A stretch of 58,854 bases of DNA from Candidatus Omnitrophota bacterium (GCA_020849375.1 JADLGJ010000087.1:1-58854), one strand, 5' to 3'. Numbered from the stretch's first letter, positions 9,162 through 17,266 are shown. Notes: generated by a model from the sequence alone, not told the origin. A program made the numbers and translations.

Positions 9162-10790
9162 TCAGACATTGCGGTAAATAGGCCCGGGGATCGGATGGCT
9201 GCGATCATTAAATATCGCCCCCAACACGTTTCTTTCTTCATCGCTAAGTAATTTGAAGATGCTTTGCGCGACTTCCCGCTTGACCTTGTCTTCCCGTAAG
9301 GAAATAACGATCCCATCAGTTTGGCGTCCGACGATGAACGGGTCTTGGCATTGGGTATAGCTTGGGCCGTTAATGACCACGAGTTGATATTCTTGCTTGA
9401 GTTTTGACATTAAGTTGCTGAACTCGATCCCTGTCAAGTAGAGCAATGGGTTGCCGTCACTGGGGCCGGCCGCTAAAACATCCAATTTTTGATACTTTGC
9501 AAACTGAAGTTCTTTAAGGGAGATCTCCCCTGCTAAAGTTTTAGTTAAGTTTTCCGGTTTGGCGACGCTCAAAGCATTTGCAAGGACCGGATTGCGGAAA
9601 TTGGCATCAAGTAAAACCGTTTTTAGGTTATAAGAATTGGCAAATAGATACGCTAAATTAAAGGCATTCATACTCGAGTTGACCGGGTCATCAATATCCG
9701 CGAAAAGCAGTCCGGTCAATTTCTTATCTTTGACCGCCATGTACAGATGGTCGGCAATACGCATGTAGGACGATTGATAAAGGCCTTTCTGCGTGATCTT
9801 ATCGGTCAAGTTGTCAAGGCGTTGCCCTGAGCTGCCGCGTCGAGGAATAGACCCGATAACGGGCAATTTTGCGACCTCTTCAAGTTCCCAGGGGTTCTTT
9901 AAGGTATTATCAATTGCGATCGAAACGAACGAAAGGCTCAACCCGCCTAATAATCCCGCGATCGCGGTCAAAATATAAATTAATTTTTGTTTGGGCGTTT
10001 TGGGTTGGTACGGCAATTTTGCTGATTCAACGACCTTGACCGTTGCTAAACCTAAAGCATTAAAGCCCTGAATAGGGGCATCAACCCCCATGCTTTTTAA
10101 ATTGAGAGTCGCTTCCTGAAGTTGCAGAATTTTGGGATGCAGCATTCCATAACGTGTCTGCAAATTCAGGATTTGTTCTTGCAGATTAAAAATGATGTAT
10201 TCCTTTGCGATCTGGTTCGCGATCCGGCTGGCGTATTGCGGGTTGTAGTCGGTAACCGTTAGGAAAAAGACATCACTGTCTTCGACTTGGTCCACCTCGA
10301 TGTTTGAACGCAATTGATCAACGGCTTCGTCGAATTTTGCGATCTCTACTGGTTTTGATTGTGTCCCTAAAATAGCCATTTTGATCGAAGTGTAAATGCC
10401 CTTTAAGGTCTTGATCGTGGCATCTATCGCCGGTTGAACGATCTTTTTGAGGCGCGGATAAAATTCGACTTTATCTTCCCGGAGGTCTAATTGTAAGCTT
10501 CTGACAACTTCATCGAGGATGATGCTCCCGCGGATCACTTCCCCCTGCGTGACATTGGGTTGGGCCCGGCGGATCGCGTCAAGTTCCGTGTTGTACGGAG
10601 CAACATTCTTTCGTGCGGAACTGATCAAGATCTTCGTTGACGCTTCATAAACGGGCACGGCCATGTTGATGTACACAAAAGCCCCGATCAGCGAGAGTAG
10701 AAAAACGGTAAAGATCAACCACTTCTTTTTAAAGATCACCCGCAAGATCTCGCGCATGTTGATGATGTTCTGATTATATTCGGCAGGCAT
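9162..10790 (-). CDS. polysaccharide co-polymerase (Wzz/GumC N-terminal part) fused to a degenerate BY-kinase-like domain
   Basis: The 542-aa product has a Wzz-type N-terminus and TM1 (KKKWLIFTVFLLSLIGAFVYI), a long periplasmic coiled region and TM2 (LIYILTAIAGLLGGLSLSFV). The cytoplasmic domain aligns to Wzc kinase domains, but the Walker A, A' and B motifs are not conserved (see findings). Confidence 0.75.
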   Translation of the reverse strand: MPAEYNQNIINMREILRVIFKKKWLIFTVFLLSLIGAFVYINMAVPVYEASTKILISSARKNVAPYNTELDAIRRAQPNVTQGEVIRGSIILDEVVRSLQLDLREDKVEFYPRLKKIVQPAIDATIKTLKGIYTSIKMAILGTQSKPVEIAKFDEAVDQLRSNIEVDQVEDSDVFFLTVTDYNPQYASRIANQIAKEYIIFNLQEQILNLQTRYGMLHPKILQLQEATLNLKSMGVDAPIQGFNALGLATVKVVESAKLPYQPKTPKQKLIYILTAIAGLLGGLSLSFVSIAIDNTLKNPWELEEVAKLPVIGSIPRRGSSGQRLDNLTDKITQKGLYQSSYMRIADHLYMAVKDKKLTGLLFADIDDPVNSSMNAFNLAYLFANSYNLKTVLLDANFRNPVLANALSVAKPENLTKTLAGEISLKELQFAKYQKLDVLAAGPSDGNPLLYLTGIEFSNLMSKLKQEYQLVVINGPSYTQCQDPFIVGRQTDGIVISLREDKVKREVAQSIFKLLSDEERNVLGAIFNDRSHPIPGPIYRNV

Positions 10791-10814
10791 AGTGCTCTCC
10801 TTTATCTATCAAGT

Positions 10815-11393
10815 TTATTTTTCAACGACAACAACAATGTCTTCATTGTGGATAAAAATATCTTGGGTCCCTGCGGGATTATTAATGACTTGTTCTAAAT
10901 TGACCGTCATATTCTCGTATCCGGGTTTGTTGGCGTTAGGGCGCAGAACTTTTACGACTTTTTTGTTCGCAAAGGCACTGTAGCCGCCGGCCATTGAAAT
11001 GGCTTTAAGTAAAGTCATGTTCTTATTGAGGCGAAAAACGCCGGGATTGCGAACTTCACCGTAGACATAGAATTTTTGACTACTGGGTTCCTGAAGGCGG
11101 ACAATGATCTCCGGGAACTGGATATAATTCGGTGATAGTTCCTTTTTTAATTGGGTACCTATCTCATTTAAGGTCAACCCCTCGGCTTTGAAAACGTCAA
11201 GATAGGGAAAGGTGATCATCCCGTCGGGCCCAACGACTTCGGTTGTCGTCAGGTCATCATGGCCCAGGACAGAGATGTAAAGCACGTCGCCGGCACCGAC
11301 ACGGTAGACCTCCTCAGGGTTGCTCGCGAATGACAATCGTGCGCTGAACAACATCAGCAGGACGAGGAAAAGCCAGTACCGGTAATTTCGCAT
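10815..11393 (-). CDS. short OPX (Wza-like) polysaccharide export protein
   Basis: The product has a signal peptide, a Poly_export motif (YRVGAGDVLYISVLGHDDLTTTEVVGPDGMITFPYL) and one SLBB-like unit (VYGEVRNPGVFRL..TLLKAISMAGG). I set the start at the ATG at 11393, which is preceded by AAGGAG 9 nt upstream. At 192 aa it has no Wza C-terminal OM helix region. Confidence 0.8.
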   Translation of the reverse strand: MRNYRYWLFLVLLMLFSARLSFASNPEEVYRVGAGDVLYISVLGHDDLTTTEVVGPDGMITFPYLDVFKAEGLTLNEIGTQLKKELSPNYIQFPEIIVRLQEPSSQKFYVYGEVRNPGVFRLNKNMTLLKAISMAGGYSAFANKKVVKVLRPNANKPGYENMTVNLEQVINNPAGTQDIFIHNEDIVVVVEK

Positions 11394-11409
11394 CACTTTA
11401 TTCTCCTTT

Positions 11410-12543
11410 TTAGAATTTACTCGAAAGTTTGAGCATAACGACATTCTTTAAATATTCCCTTGCGGGGTCATCCGATGTCACATGTGAGTATGTATAATTT
11501 AAGTCGAGAGTGATATCCTTTTTGATCTCATACGTCGTTGTTAAACTTGCCCCGAGGAAATGTTCGGTTGTATTTGCTGCCAGCCGTTGGCCGCTCCCGT
11601 AAAAATTAGAAAGAACGACCGAAAGTTGCTTGGAAAGGATATGCGCGAGGTTCATCTCGGCTTCCCATTCATCGAAGAGGTCGCTATCGTTGAGATTCGA
11701 TGTGTGGCGCTTAATGATGGAGACATGCGCCTTGGTCAAGGTATTGAGCTGGTCCGTTAATTTGATAAGAGCGTGCGGTTCGATCCGGTTTTGTGCCGCA
11801 CTGTCTTTGATAAAATCCGCACCGGTGTTCAGTTCCAATGTCACTTGGGGGTTTAGCTCATGCACAAATCCTACCGACGTATGGTTTACCGCGACTGAAG
11901 ACCCTGGTGTAAAATCCCGGCGGGAATATTCATAACCGGCATTGAGCTTTGTGTTCTCCTTGTATTGGTATGAAAATTGGGTGCCGCCGAGGTTTTGCAG
12001 AGAATCAATGACGTTCTTTGAAGAACTGTCGTAGAGGTCGTTGGCATAATGAACTTCCCACGCCATCATTTCATTGAGCTGTTTGGTGAATGCCAGTTTT
12101 GACCGGTTCCAATAATAGCTGTACCTGCCGATCACCGTTGCAAAAGCGTCCGAAAAACTGCGCGGTTCTTCAGCATGGATCAGCCGGTCCGTAAAATCTA
12201 AGCCCAGGCTTTGCGATAACTGGGAATGGTATGTGACATCAACATCTTGAGAAAGGTTGTTGAAGGAATTGTTGTCAGCGAAAAGATGCTCAGTAACTGT
12301 TGCGCTAATGTTCCAATTAAAATTTTGGCCCGAATACGAAGAATTGATGCCGGCGCTGAACTCTGAGATCCAATCTGAAACCTCATTACTTTTGACAAAA
12401 GTGATATTGTCATCAAATTTTTGTGCGAGGGCGCCGATCAGGTTCACTTTTACACCCTTGAAATCAGCGCCGAGCGAAACCCTGCAAGAAAATAGGCCGA
12501 GGAAAAGGATGAAAAACAACAGGTGTTTGATTCGGGCGGTCAT
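11410..12543 (-). CDS. putative outer-membrane beta-barrel protein of the EPS locus
   Basis: The 377-aa product has a signal peptide (LLFFILFLGLFSCRVSLGA). It shows an alternating amphipathic beta-strand pattern rich in Y/S/N/T and ends in a C-terminal Phe (..LKLSSKF), typical of OMPs. I recognise no specific family. Confidence 0.55.
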   Translation of the reverse strand: MTARIKHLLFFILFLGLFSCRVSLGADFKGVKVNLIGALAQKFDDNITFVKSNEVSDWISEFSAGINSSYSGQNFNWNISATVTEHLFADNNSFNNLSQDVDVTYHSQLSQSLGLDFTDRLIHAEEPRSFSDAFATVIGRYSYYWNRSKLAFTKQLNEMMAWEVHYANDLYDSSSKNVIDSLQNLGGTQFSYQYKENTKLNAGYEYSRRDFTPGSSVAVNHTSVGFVHELNPQVTLELNTGADFIKDSAAQNRIEPHALIKLTDQLNTLTKAHVSIIKRHTSNLNDSDLFDEWEAEMNLAHILSKQLSVVLSNFYGSGQRLAANTTEHFLGASLTTTYEIKKDITLDLNYTYSHVTSDDPAREYLKNVVMLKLSSKF

Positions 12544-13326
12544 TTATTGGCGAGTGTGTTGTAAAAAAACAATTGAAGTTCCTTCAATGTGCCTTAAACC
12601 TTTAAATTCGGGCCTTGTAGAGTAAAGCTCGTTGAGGGCCGTCGTCAAGCCGGGCCAAAAACGGTTGTCGTAATCGTGCCAAAGGATCAGCCCCTGATCT
12701 TTAACGATCTTTAAGGCCGTTAAAGAATCCTTGATCACATAGTCGTAAGAATGAGAACCATCAATAAAAAGAAAATCAATGGCATTGTTGTAGGGGGTCC
12801 AATCAAAGGTGGCGGAATCACCGTAAAGCTGTGTGATCTTGCTGTTTTCTGCGGACAAGGACCGTTGTCCGATCTGGTCTTTATTGACGAACTTTTTATC
12901 GCCGTCTTCGACCTTTAATCCTGTTGCTGTCAGGTCCTTTCTCGGCAGGTCCAGAGTAAAGACCTTTGCATCGGATGCGCAATTATTGGCGATGTTTAGC
13001 GTGGTCCTCCCGTCGAATGTTCCGATTTCAAAGACTTTTTTCGGGCTGTTCTTGCTAACCAGAAAAGAGATGATCGCCAGCTCGTTGATCGCAACATTGC
13101 CATCCCATTCCCCTAACTCACAAAGAGTTACGGATGTGGAGCCTTTTAAAAGGTCCCAGTTGCCGATCTTGGGGATACGCGCCTTTGGTTTCCCAAGCCC
13201 AAAGTGTTCACAAATCTGTGACAAAAGAACCCGGTGCCGGGCTGACCAAAATCCGACTGTGAAAAGGTAAAGCGATGAAAAGGCGGCAAAAAGGTATTTT
13301 TTTAGGAACCGTGGTAAAGAAGCCAT
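12544..13326 (-). CDS. class I SAM-dependent methyltransferase (Methyltransf_24-like) with N-terminal TM segment
   Basis: The 260-aa product contains VFEIGTFDGRTTLNIANN and FLFIDGSHSYDYVIKDSLTALKIVKDQGLILWHDY, a pattern typical of O-methyltransferase family 24. Confidence 0.7.
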   Translation of the reverse strand: MASLPRFLKKYLFAAFSSLYLFTVGFWSARHRVLLSQICEHFGLGKPKARIPKIGNWDLLKGSTSVTLCELGEWDGNVAINELAIISFLVSKNSPKKVFEIGTFDGRTTLNIANNCASDAKVFTLDLPRKDLTATGLKVEDGDKKFVNKDQIGQRSLSAENSKITQLYGDSATFDWTPYNNAIDFLFIDGSHSYDYVIKDSLTALKIVKDQGLILWHDYDNRFWPGLTTALNELYSTRPEFKGLRHIEGTSIVFLQHTRQ

Positions 13327-13370
13327 AAAAAGATGTGCGAGTTAAAGGTTATATAAATAGTATTAAACTT

Positions 13371-13398
13371 AATATACGTTGAATTATTAGTTAGTCAA
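13371..13398 (-). promoter_or_regulatory. candidate sigma70-type promoter for the EPS gene string
   Basis: On the minus strand the sequence reads TTGACT (13398..13393), a 16-nt spacer, then TATATT (13376..13371). It lies in the only sizeable gap (117 nt) upstream of the EPS genes. This is sequence pattern only. Confidence 0.3.
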
Positions 13399-13443
13399 AT
13401 AAAATGGCAGAAATTGAGTGCTAAGGCTAGAGCGTTCAATATT

Positions 13444-13779
13444 TTACGTTCGAGGGCTCCCTTCCGCAACCAATTGTTCCTTCTGTTTACGGCTAAGTTT
13501 TTTAACTTCGCGTTCAGCGGTTAGGGCGTTTTTGTAGTATTTATATTCTTTTTTAAAGACCAATGTGACGGGTAATTTGCCGCGCAGGTATTTGGCGCCA
13601 TGGCCAGAGTTGTGCAGTTTGATGCGTTTGTCAATATCCTTCGTATATCCGGTATAATACGTCCCTGTCGCGCATTCTACAATATAGACAAAATATTGAC
13701 TGTGACGTTTCAGGGTCGTGGAACGTTTTGGCTTCGGGGAAACGGTCTTCGACGCTCGGGGCCCGCGTTTTTTAGGCAT
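13444..13779 (-). CDS. GIY-YIG nuclease superfamily protein (UPF0213-like) with basic N-terminal extension
   Basis: The 111-aa product contains YFVYIVECATGTYYTGYTKDIDKRIKLHNSGHGAKYLRGK...AEREVKKLSRKQKEQL, a GIY-(x)-YTG core. It is preceded by MPKKRGPRASKTVSPKPKRSTTLKR. Confidence 0.8.
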   Translation of the reverse strand: MPKKRGPRASKTVSPKPKRSTTLKRHSQYFVYIVECATGTYYTGYTKDIDKRIKLHNSGHGAKYLRGKLPVTLVFKKEYKYYKNALTAEREVKKLSRKQKEQLVAEGSPRT

Positions 13780-13792
13780 TACGCTTGTCTTT

Positions 13793-15679
13793 TTAGAATT
13801 TGCGTTCAGCGCATTCTTTGAGTTTCAAATTCCTGCCGTTGGTAGAGCGTTTTTTTGCGTCAAAAAGCTTGTTGACCTGTTTTTGCCAGAGTTTTAAGTC
13901 ATCACAAGTCACGCAAAGGTCTTTGTTCATATCATAAGACAAGATGTTGATGTTGTGGTTCGCAGCCATGCAGCTATTTAACAGTGCGGCAAAACTTTCA
14001 ACGTTCTCTTTATCGCATGCGATCTCATCTTTTTTATTTTGCGGTGGTTCGGTCCAGCTCCCGAAACCTTTTGTGCATCCGAAACCAACGATTGTAATTT
14101 CTGGGCCCGTGGTGTTGGTGCTGAAGGTTTCACCCGGTTTTAAGGGGGATTTGTCATCCGGCGTGACTTTGCTTTGAGGTTTTCTTGCGGCATCGCGTTC
14201 TTCTTTGGCTTTTTGTAATTTCTCTGCCTTTTCTTTCGCCGCGGCTTCTTTGTCGTCCTTTATTTTTTGAAGTTTTTCCGCTTTTTCTTTAGCGGCTGCT
14301 TCTTTGGCGTCCTTTGCTTTTTGGATCTTTTCAGCTTTTTCTTTTTCAACTGCATCTTTAGCTGCTTTTAATTTATCAGCTTTTTCCTTGGCTTTCGCTT
14401 CCCGCTCTTCTTTTGCTTTTTGTAATTTATCAGCTTTTTCCTGAGCTTTGGTTTTTATTGGCGGGGCCTCAACGATCTTTTCGTCAACCATGGGTTCCGG
14501 AGCTGCGGCAGTGGTTTCTTCAACAACCGACGATGGAGCTTCCTCCGTCGGCATTTCAACGGCGGCTGGTTCCGGTTCCGTAGCCTCCGTGGTCGTTACT
14601 TCAACGGTTGGTTCCGAAGGCTCTTCTGAAGGCATATCATTGGTTGATTGCTCGACAACATCTGCAACTTTTTCTTCAACAACAGGTGCTGGAATTTCTT
14701 CAACTTTTTTCTGGGCTTTTGCTTCCCTTGCTTCTTTCGCCTTTTGTAATTTCTCCGCCTTCATTTGAGCTCTAGCGTCTTTTTCCGCTTGAAGTTTTGC
14801 GGCCTTTTCTTGAGCCTTTGCTTCACGGGCATCTTTGGCAGACTGAAGTTTTGCAGCTGCAGCTTGAGCTTTCGCTTCTTTTTCGTCTTTAGCTTTTTGT
14901 ATTTTTTCAGCTTTTAATTGAGCTTGAGTGTCTTTTTTTTGTTGGAGCTGATCTTTCTGTTCTTGAATTTTAGCTTCGCGTGCGTCTTTAGCTTCCTGTC
15001 GTTTAGCAGCTGCTGCCTGTTCTTTGGCTTCACGGGCATCTTTGGCAGCCTGTAATTTTTCTGCTTTCTCTTGAGCCTTTGCTTCTTTTGCGGCAGCGGC
15101 TTGATTTATTTTTTCAGTTTTGTTTTCGGCAACTACGACTGTCTTCGCAACCTTGGCAGCTTTCGCTTGAGTTTTAGCAGTGCGGGCATCCTTCACGGCT
15201 TGCACTTTCATGGCTTTTTCGAGTGCTTTCGTTTGCTTCGCTTCTTTTATTTCCTGGAGCTTAGCCGCCTGCGCTTGCTTTTTGTTTTCTTTGGAGTTGA
15301 TCTGGGCGATCTGTGCTGAACTGAGTTGTGCTGCGGCTGCTGTTGCTTTCTTGGGCAATTTGACTACCGGCCCTTGGCCAAAAGACCCGAGGCAGGCCGC
15401 CTGTGCTTTTTTATCGGTTTTGTTGAGCAGGCAATCATCTGCGCTTTGCGGCGGGTGATTTGAAATACAAGCGTCCCGTCGGGACTTATTCGTAAATTTA
15501 ACACAAACACCGTAATTAAGGACAGATGAGCTCAAGCTTTCAAAGCAGTCGTCGCGCCATTCGGGATAACCGATCCGTTCGCAATTAGCGATTTGCTTGC
15601 TTTGCAGTGTTTCCTCTGCCGCGGGCAGAACCGATGCAAATGCAAAAAGAAATGCCGAGAATAAAATGGTCTTTTTCAT
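13793..15679 (-). CDS. secreted Lys/Ala/Glu-rich repeat (coiled-coil, TolA-domain-II-like) protein with Cys-rich terminal domains
   Basis: I set the start at the ATG at 15679, which is preceded by AAGGAGG. This gives a Sec signal peptide (MKKTILFSAFLFAFASVLPA/AEE). The 42-aa upstream extension in the ORF track overlaps the SET gene and is unlikely. The domain order is a Cys-rich N-domain, about 210 aa of AKxQEKAEKLQxAKDAREAK-type repeats, an acidic Pro/Glu/Thr linker, about 95 aa of further repeats, and a Cys-rich C-domain. Confidence 0.7.
   Translation of the reverse strand: MKKTILFSAFLFAFASVLPAAEETLQSKQIANCERIGYPEWRDDCFESLSSSVLNYGVCVKFTNKSRRDACISNHPPQSADDCLLNKTDKKAQAACLGSFGQGPVVKLPKKATAAAAQLSSAQIAQINSKENKKQAQAAKLQEIKEAKQTKALEKAMKVQAVKDARTAKTQAKAAKVAKTVVVAENKTEKINQAAAAKEAKAQEKAEKLQAAKDAREAKEQAAAAKRQEAKDAREAKIQEQKDQLQQKKDTQAQLKAEKIQKAKDEKEAKAQAAAAKLQSAKDAREAKAQEKAAKLQAEKDARAQMKAEKLQKAKEAREAKAQKKVEEIPAPVVEEKVADVVEQSTNDMPSEEPSEPTVEVTTTEATEPEPAAVEMPTEEAPSSVVEETTAAAPEPMVDEKIVEAPPIKTKAQEKADKLQKAKEEREAKAKEKADKLKAAKDAVEKEKAEKIQKAKDAKEAAAKEKAEKLQKIKDDKEAAAKEKAEKLQKAKEERDAARKPQSKVTPDDKSPLKPGETFSTNTTGPEITIVGFGCTKGFGSWTEPPQNKKDEIACDKENVESFAALLNSCMAANHNINILSYDMNKDLCVTCDDLKLWQKQVNKLFDAKKRSTNGRNLKLKECAERKF
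14185..15340 (-). repeat. in-frame imperfect tandem coding repeats (about 54-nt / 18-aa periodicity) interrupted by a PET-rich linker (about 14466..14704)
   Basis: The repeats are visible in the DNA as recurring gcttttt(c/t)ctt..gc(t/g)gc..ttc(t/a)ttggc units and in the protein as KA.EKAEKLQKAKD.KEA units. The boundaries are approximate. Confidence 0.6.
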
Positions 15680-15708
15680 ACGCCTCCTTATTTTGCTTCT
15701 TAATAAAA

Positions 15709-16215
15709 CTATAATTTTTTCTTTTTGAGAGAATCTTTTTTCAGCCGCGGCCAATGTTCTTCCGCCAGAATATACCCGACACAGCGGTTGGTCCGGCAAT
15801 AACAATGGTGCTCATCGTAACCATCGTAATCATAACTGTAATTGTAAGTAATTTCCTCGCCTTTTTTAATATTTTTGATCGCGATGATCCAGATCTTGCC
15901 GCGGATGATCTCGGTCTCGGCGTTAGGATCGCAAGAGTGATTGATGTGCCGTGCGGTGTTGTACGGGACATAGCCGTCAATATCATGGCGTTTGTTCAAG
16001 ACAAAAAGATAAACCGCGCCATGGACCTGATTCTCTTTGTGCTTGTTCAGGAGTTTTTCTGCACGGCGCTCTGCTTCAGCTTTGGTGATCCTCTCTCCGA
16101 CGTATTCAATGATCCGCGCGCCTTTGGGAATATCTTTTTTTGCAAAAACGCCGCGGCCGTGAATTTTAGAGTTCCGGACAATGATGTAGGGGCTTGAGGA
16201 GTTCTTGTGTTCCAT
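15709..16215 (-). CDS. SET-domain protein-lysine methyltransferase
   Basis: The product contains IHGRGVFAKKDIPKGARIIEYVGERI, NHSCDPNAE and GEEITYNYSYDY, plus a post-SET Cys motif CYCRTNRC. I chose the start at the ATG at 16215, which sits as TAG-T-ATG directly after the ADH stop. Confidence 0.85.
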   Translation of the reverse strand: MEHKNSSSPYIIVRNSKIHGRGVFAKKDIPKGARIIEYVGERITKAEAERRAEKLLNKHKENQVHGAVYLFVLNKRHDIDGYVPYNTARHINHSCDPNAETEIIRGKIWIIAIKNIKKGEEITYNYSYDYDGYDEHHCYCRTNRCVGYILAEEHWPRLKKDSLKKKKL

Positions 16216-16216
16216 A

Positions 16217-17266
16217 CTACTTGAGTGAAGCCAGGTCGATAACAAAACGGTATTTGACGTCGCTCTTTAAGATACGGTCATAAGCGTCGTTGATCTTTTG
16301 GATCGGGATCTTTTCAATATCACATACAATATTGTGTTTACCGCAGAAATCCAGCATTTCTTGTGTTTCTTTGATCCCTCCGATCAGTGAGCCGGCGAGA
16401 TGGCGGCGCTGCATGATCAAATTAAAACTGACCAAAGATAGCGGCTTCTCCGGGGCCCCGACGAGCGTCATTGTCCCCGAACGTTTAAGTAAAGGCAAAT
16501 AAGCATTGATGTCATGCTGTGCGGAAACAGTGTCTAAAATAAAATCAAATGTCCCGGTGTGTTTGGCCATATCCTTTTCATTTTTAGAAATGACGACTTC
16601 ATGTGCACCAAGCTTTTTGGCATCGGCTTTCTTGTTCGGCGATGTTGTGAACATAACGACATGTGCGCCGAACGCATTGGCAAATTTAACGCCCATATGC
16701 CCGAGCCCGCCTAAACCGACGATCCCGACTTTTTGACCCTTCCCGACCTTCCATCGGCGGAGTGGTGAATAGGTCGTGATGCCTGCGCAAAGAAGCGGAG
16801 CAGCAGCGGCAAGATCTAAATTTTTTGGTATTTTGAGAACAAAATCTTCCGTGACTACGATGCTTTGCGAATATCCGCCGAAGGTCATTCCGCCGATATG
16901 TTTTTCCGGGCTATTGTAGGAAAAAATGGGGCTTTTTTCACAATGCTGTTCGAGGTTTTCTTTACAGCTCGAACATGTGCCGCAGGAATCAACAAGGCAT
17001 CCGACTCCGGCGATGTCTCCGACTTTAAAATTCTTCACTTTCTTGCCGACCTTGCTCACCTTCCCGATCATTTCGTGGCCGGGGACGCAAGGATAGGTCG
17101 TGTTGTGCCATTCATTGCGGGCTTGATGAATGTCGGAGTGGCAGACGCCGCAATAAAGCAGGTCGATCTGGACGTCGGTATCAAGAGGGTCGCGGCGCTT
17201 GGCTTGGAACGGTGCCAGGGCTTGGGATGCGCTTTGTGCAGCATATGACTTTGTTGTGTAAGGCAT
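16217..17266 (-). CDS. zinc-dependent NAD(P) alcohol dehydrogenase (cinnamyl-alcohol dehydrogenase / YahK-like)
   Basis: The 349-aa product contains CGVCHSDIH, GHEMIGKVSKVG, a structural-Zn Cys cluster (CGTCSSCKENLEQHC) and a GLGGLGHMG Rossmann motif. Confidence 0.9.
   Translation of the reverse strand: MPYTTKSYAAQSASQALAPFQAKRRDPLDTDVQIDLLYCGVCHSDIHQARNEWHNTTYPCVPGHEMIGKVSKVGKKVKNFKVGDIAGVGCLVDSCGTCSSCKENLEQHCEKSPIFSYNSPEKHIGGMTFGGYSQSIVVTEDFVLKIPKNLDLAAAAPLLCAGITTYSPLRRWKVGKGQKVGIVGLGGLGHMGVKFANAFGAHVVMFTTSPNKKADAKKLGAHEVVISKNEKDMAKHTGTFDFILDTVSAQHDINAYLPLLKRSGTMTLVGAPEKPLSLVSFNLIMQRRHLAGSLIGGIKETQEMLDFCGKHNIVCDIEKIPIQKINDAYDRILKSDVKYRFVIDLASLK

Noticed and set aside
14185-15340. The repetitive DNA in this region might be a CRISPR-like or satellite array.
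   Set aside because: The repeats are imperfect and in-frame, and they translate into an uninterrupted Lys/Ala/Glu repeat protein. There is no repeat-spacer organisation.
15680-15805. The ORF track gives a 42-aa N-terminal extension of the repeat protein. Similar upstream extensions occur at 6263..7753, 10815..11444, 15709..16245, 20176..21084, 25625.., 26729.., 32766.., 34574.., 37319..38464 and 43426...
   Set aside because: The extensions overlap the preceding gene or use TTG/GTG starts. Internal ATGs with an SD or stop-start coupling give N-termini typical of each family, such as a signal peptide or MKGIILAGG. The shorter models were used.
13444-16215. The GIY-YIG nuclease, repeat protein and SET methyltransferase might together form a defence or mobile module.
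   Set aside because: The GIY-YIG protein is the small housekeeping-like UPF0213 type. There are no partner ATPase, helicase, methylase or toxin genes, no flanking repeats or integrase, and the genes are embedded in a continuous operon-like string. The evidence for a defence island is insufficient.
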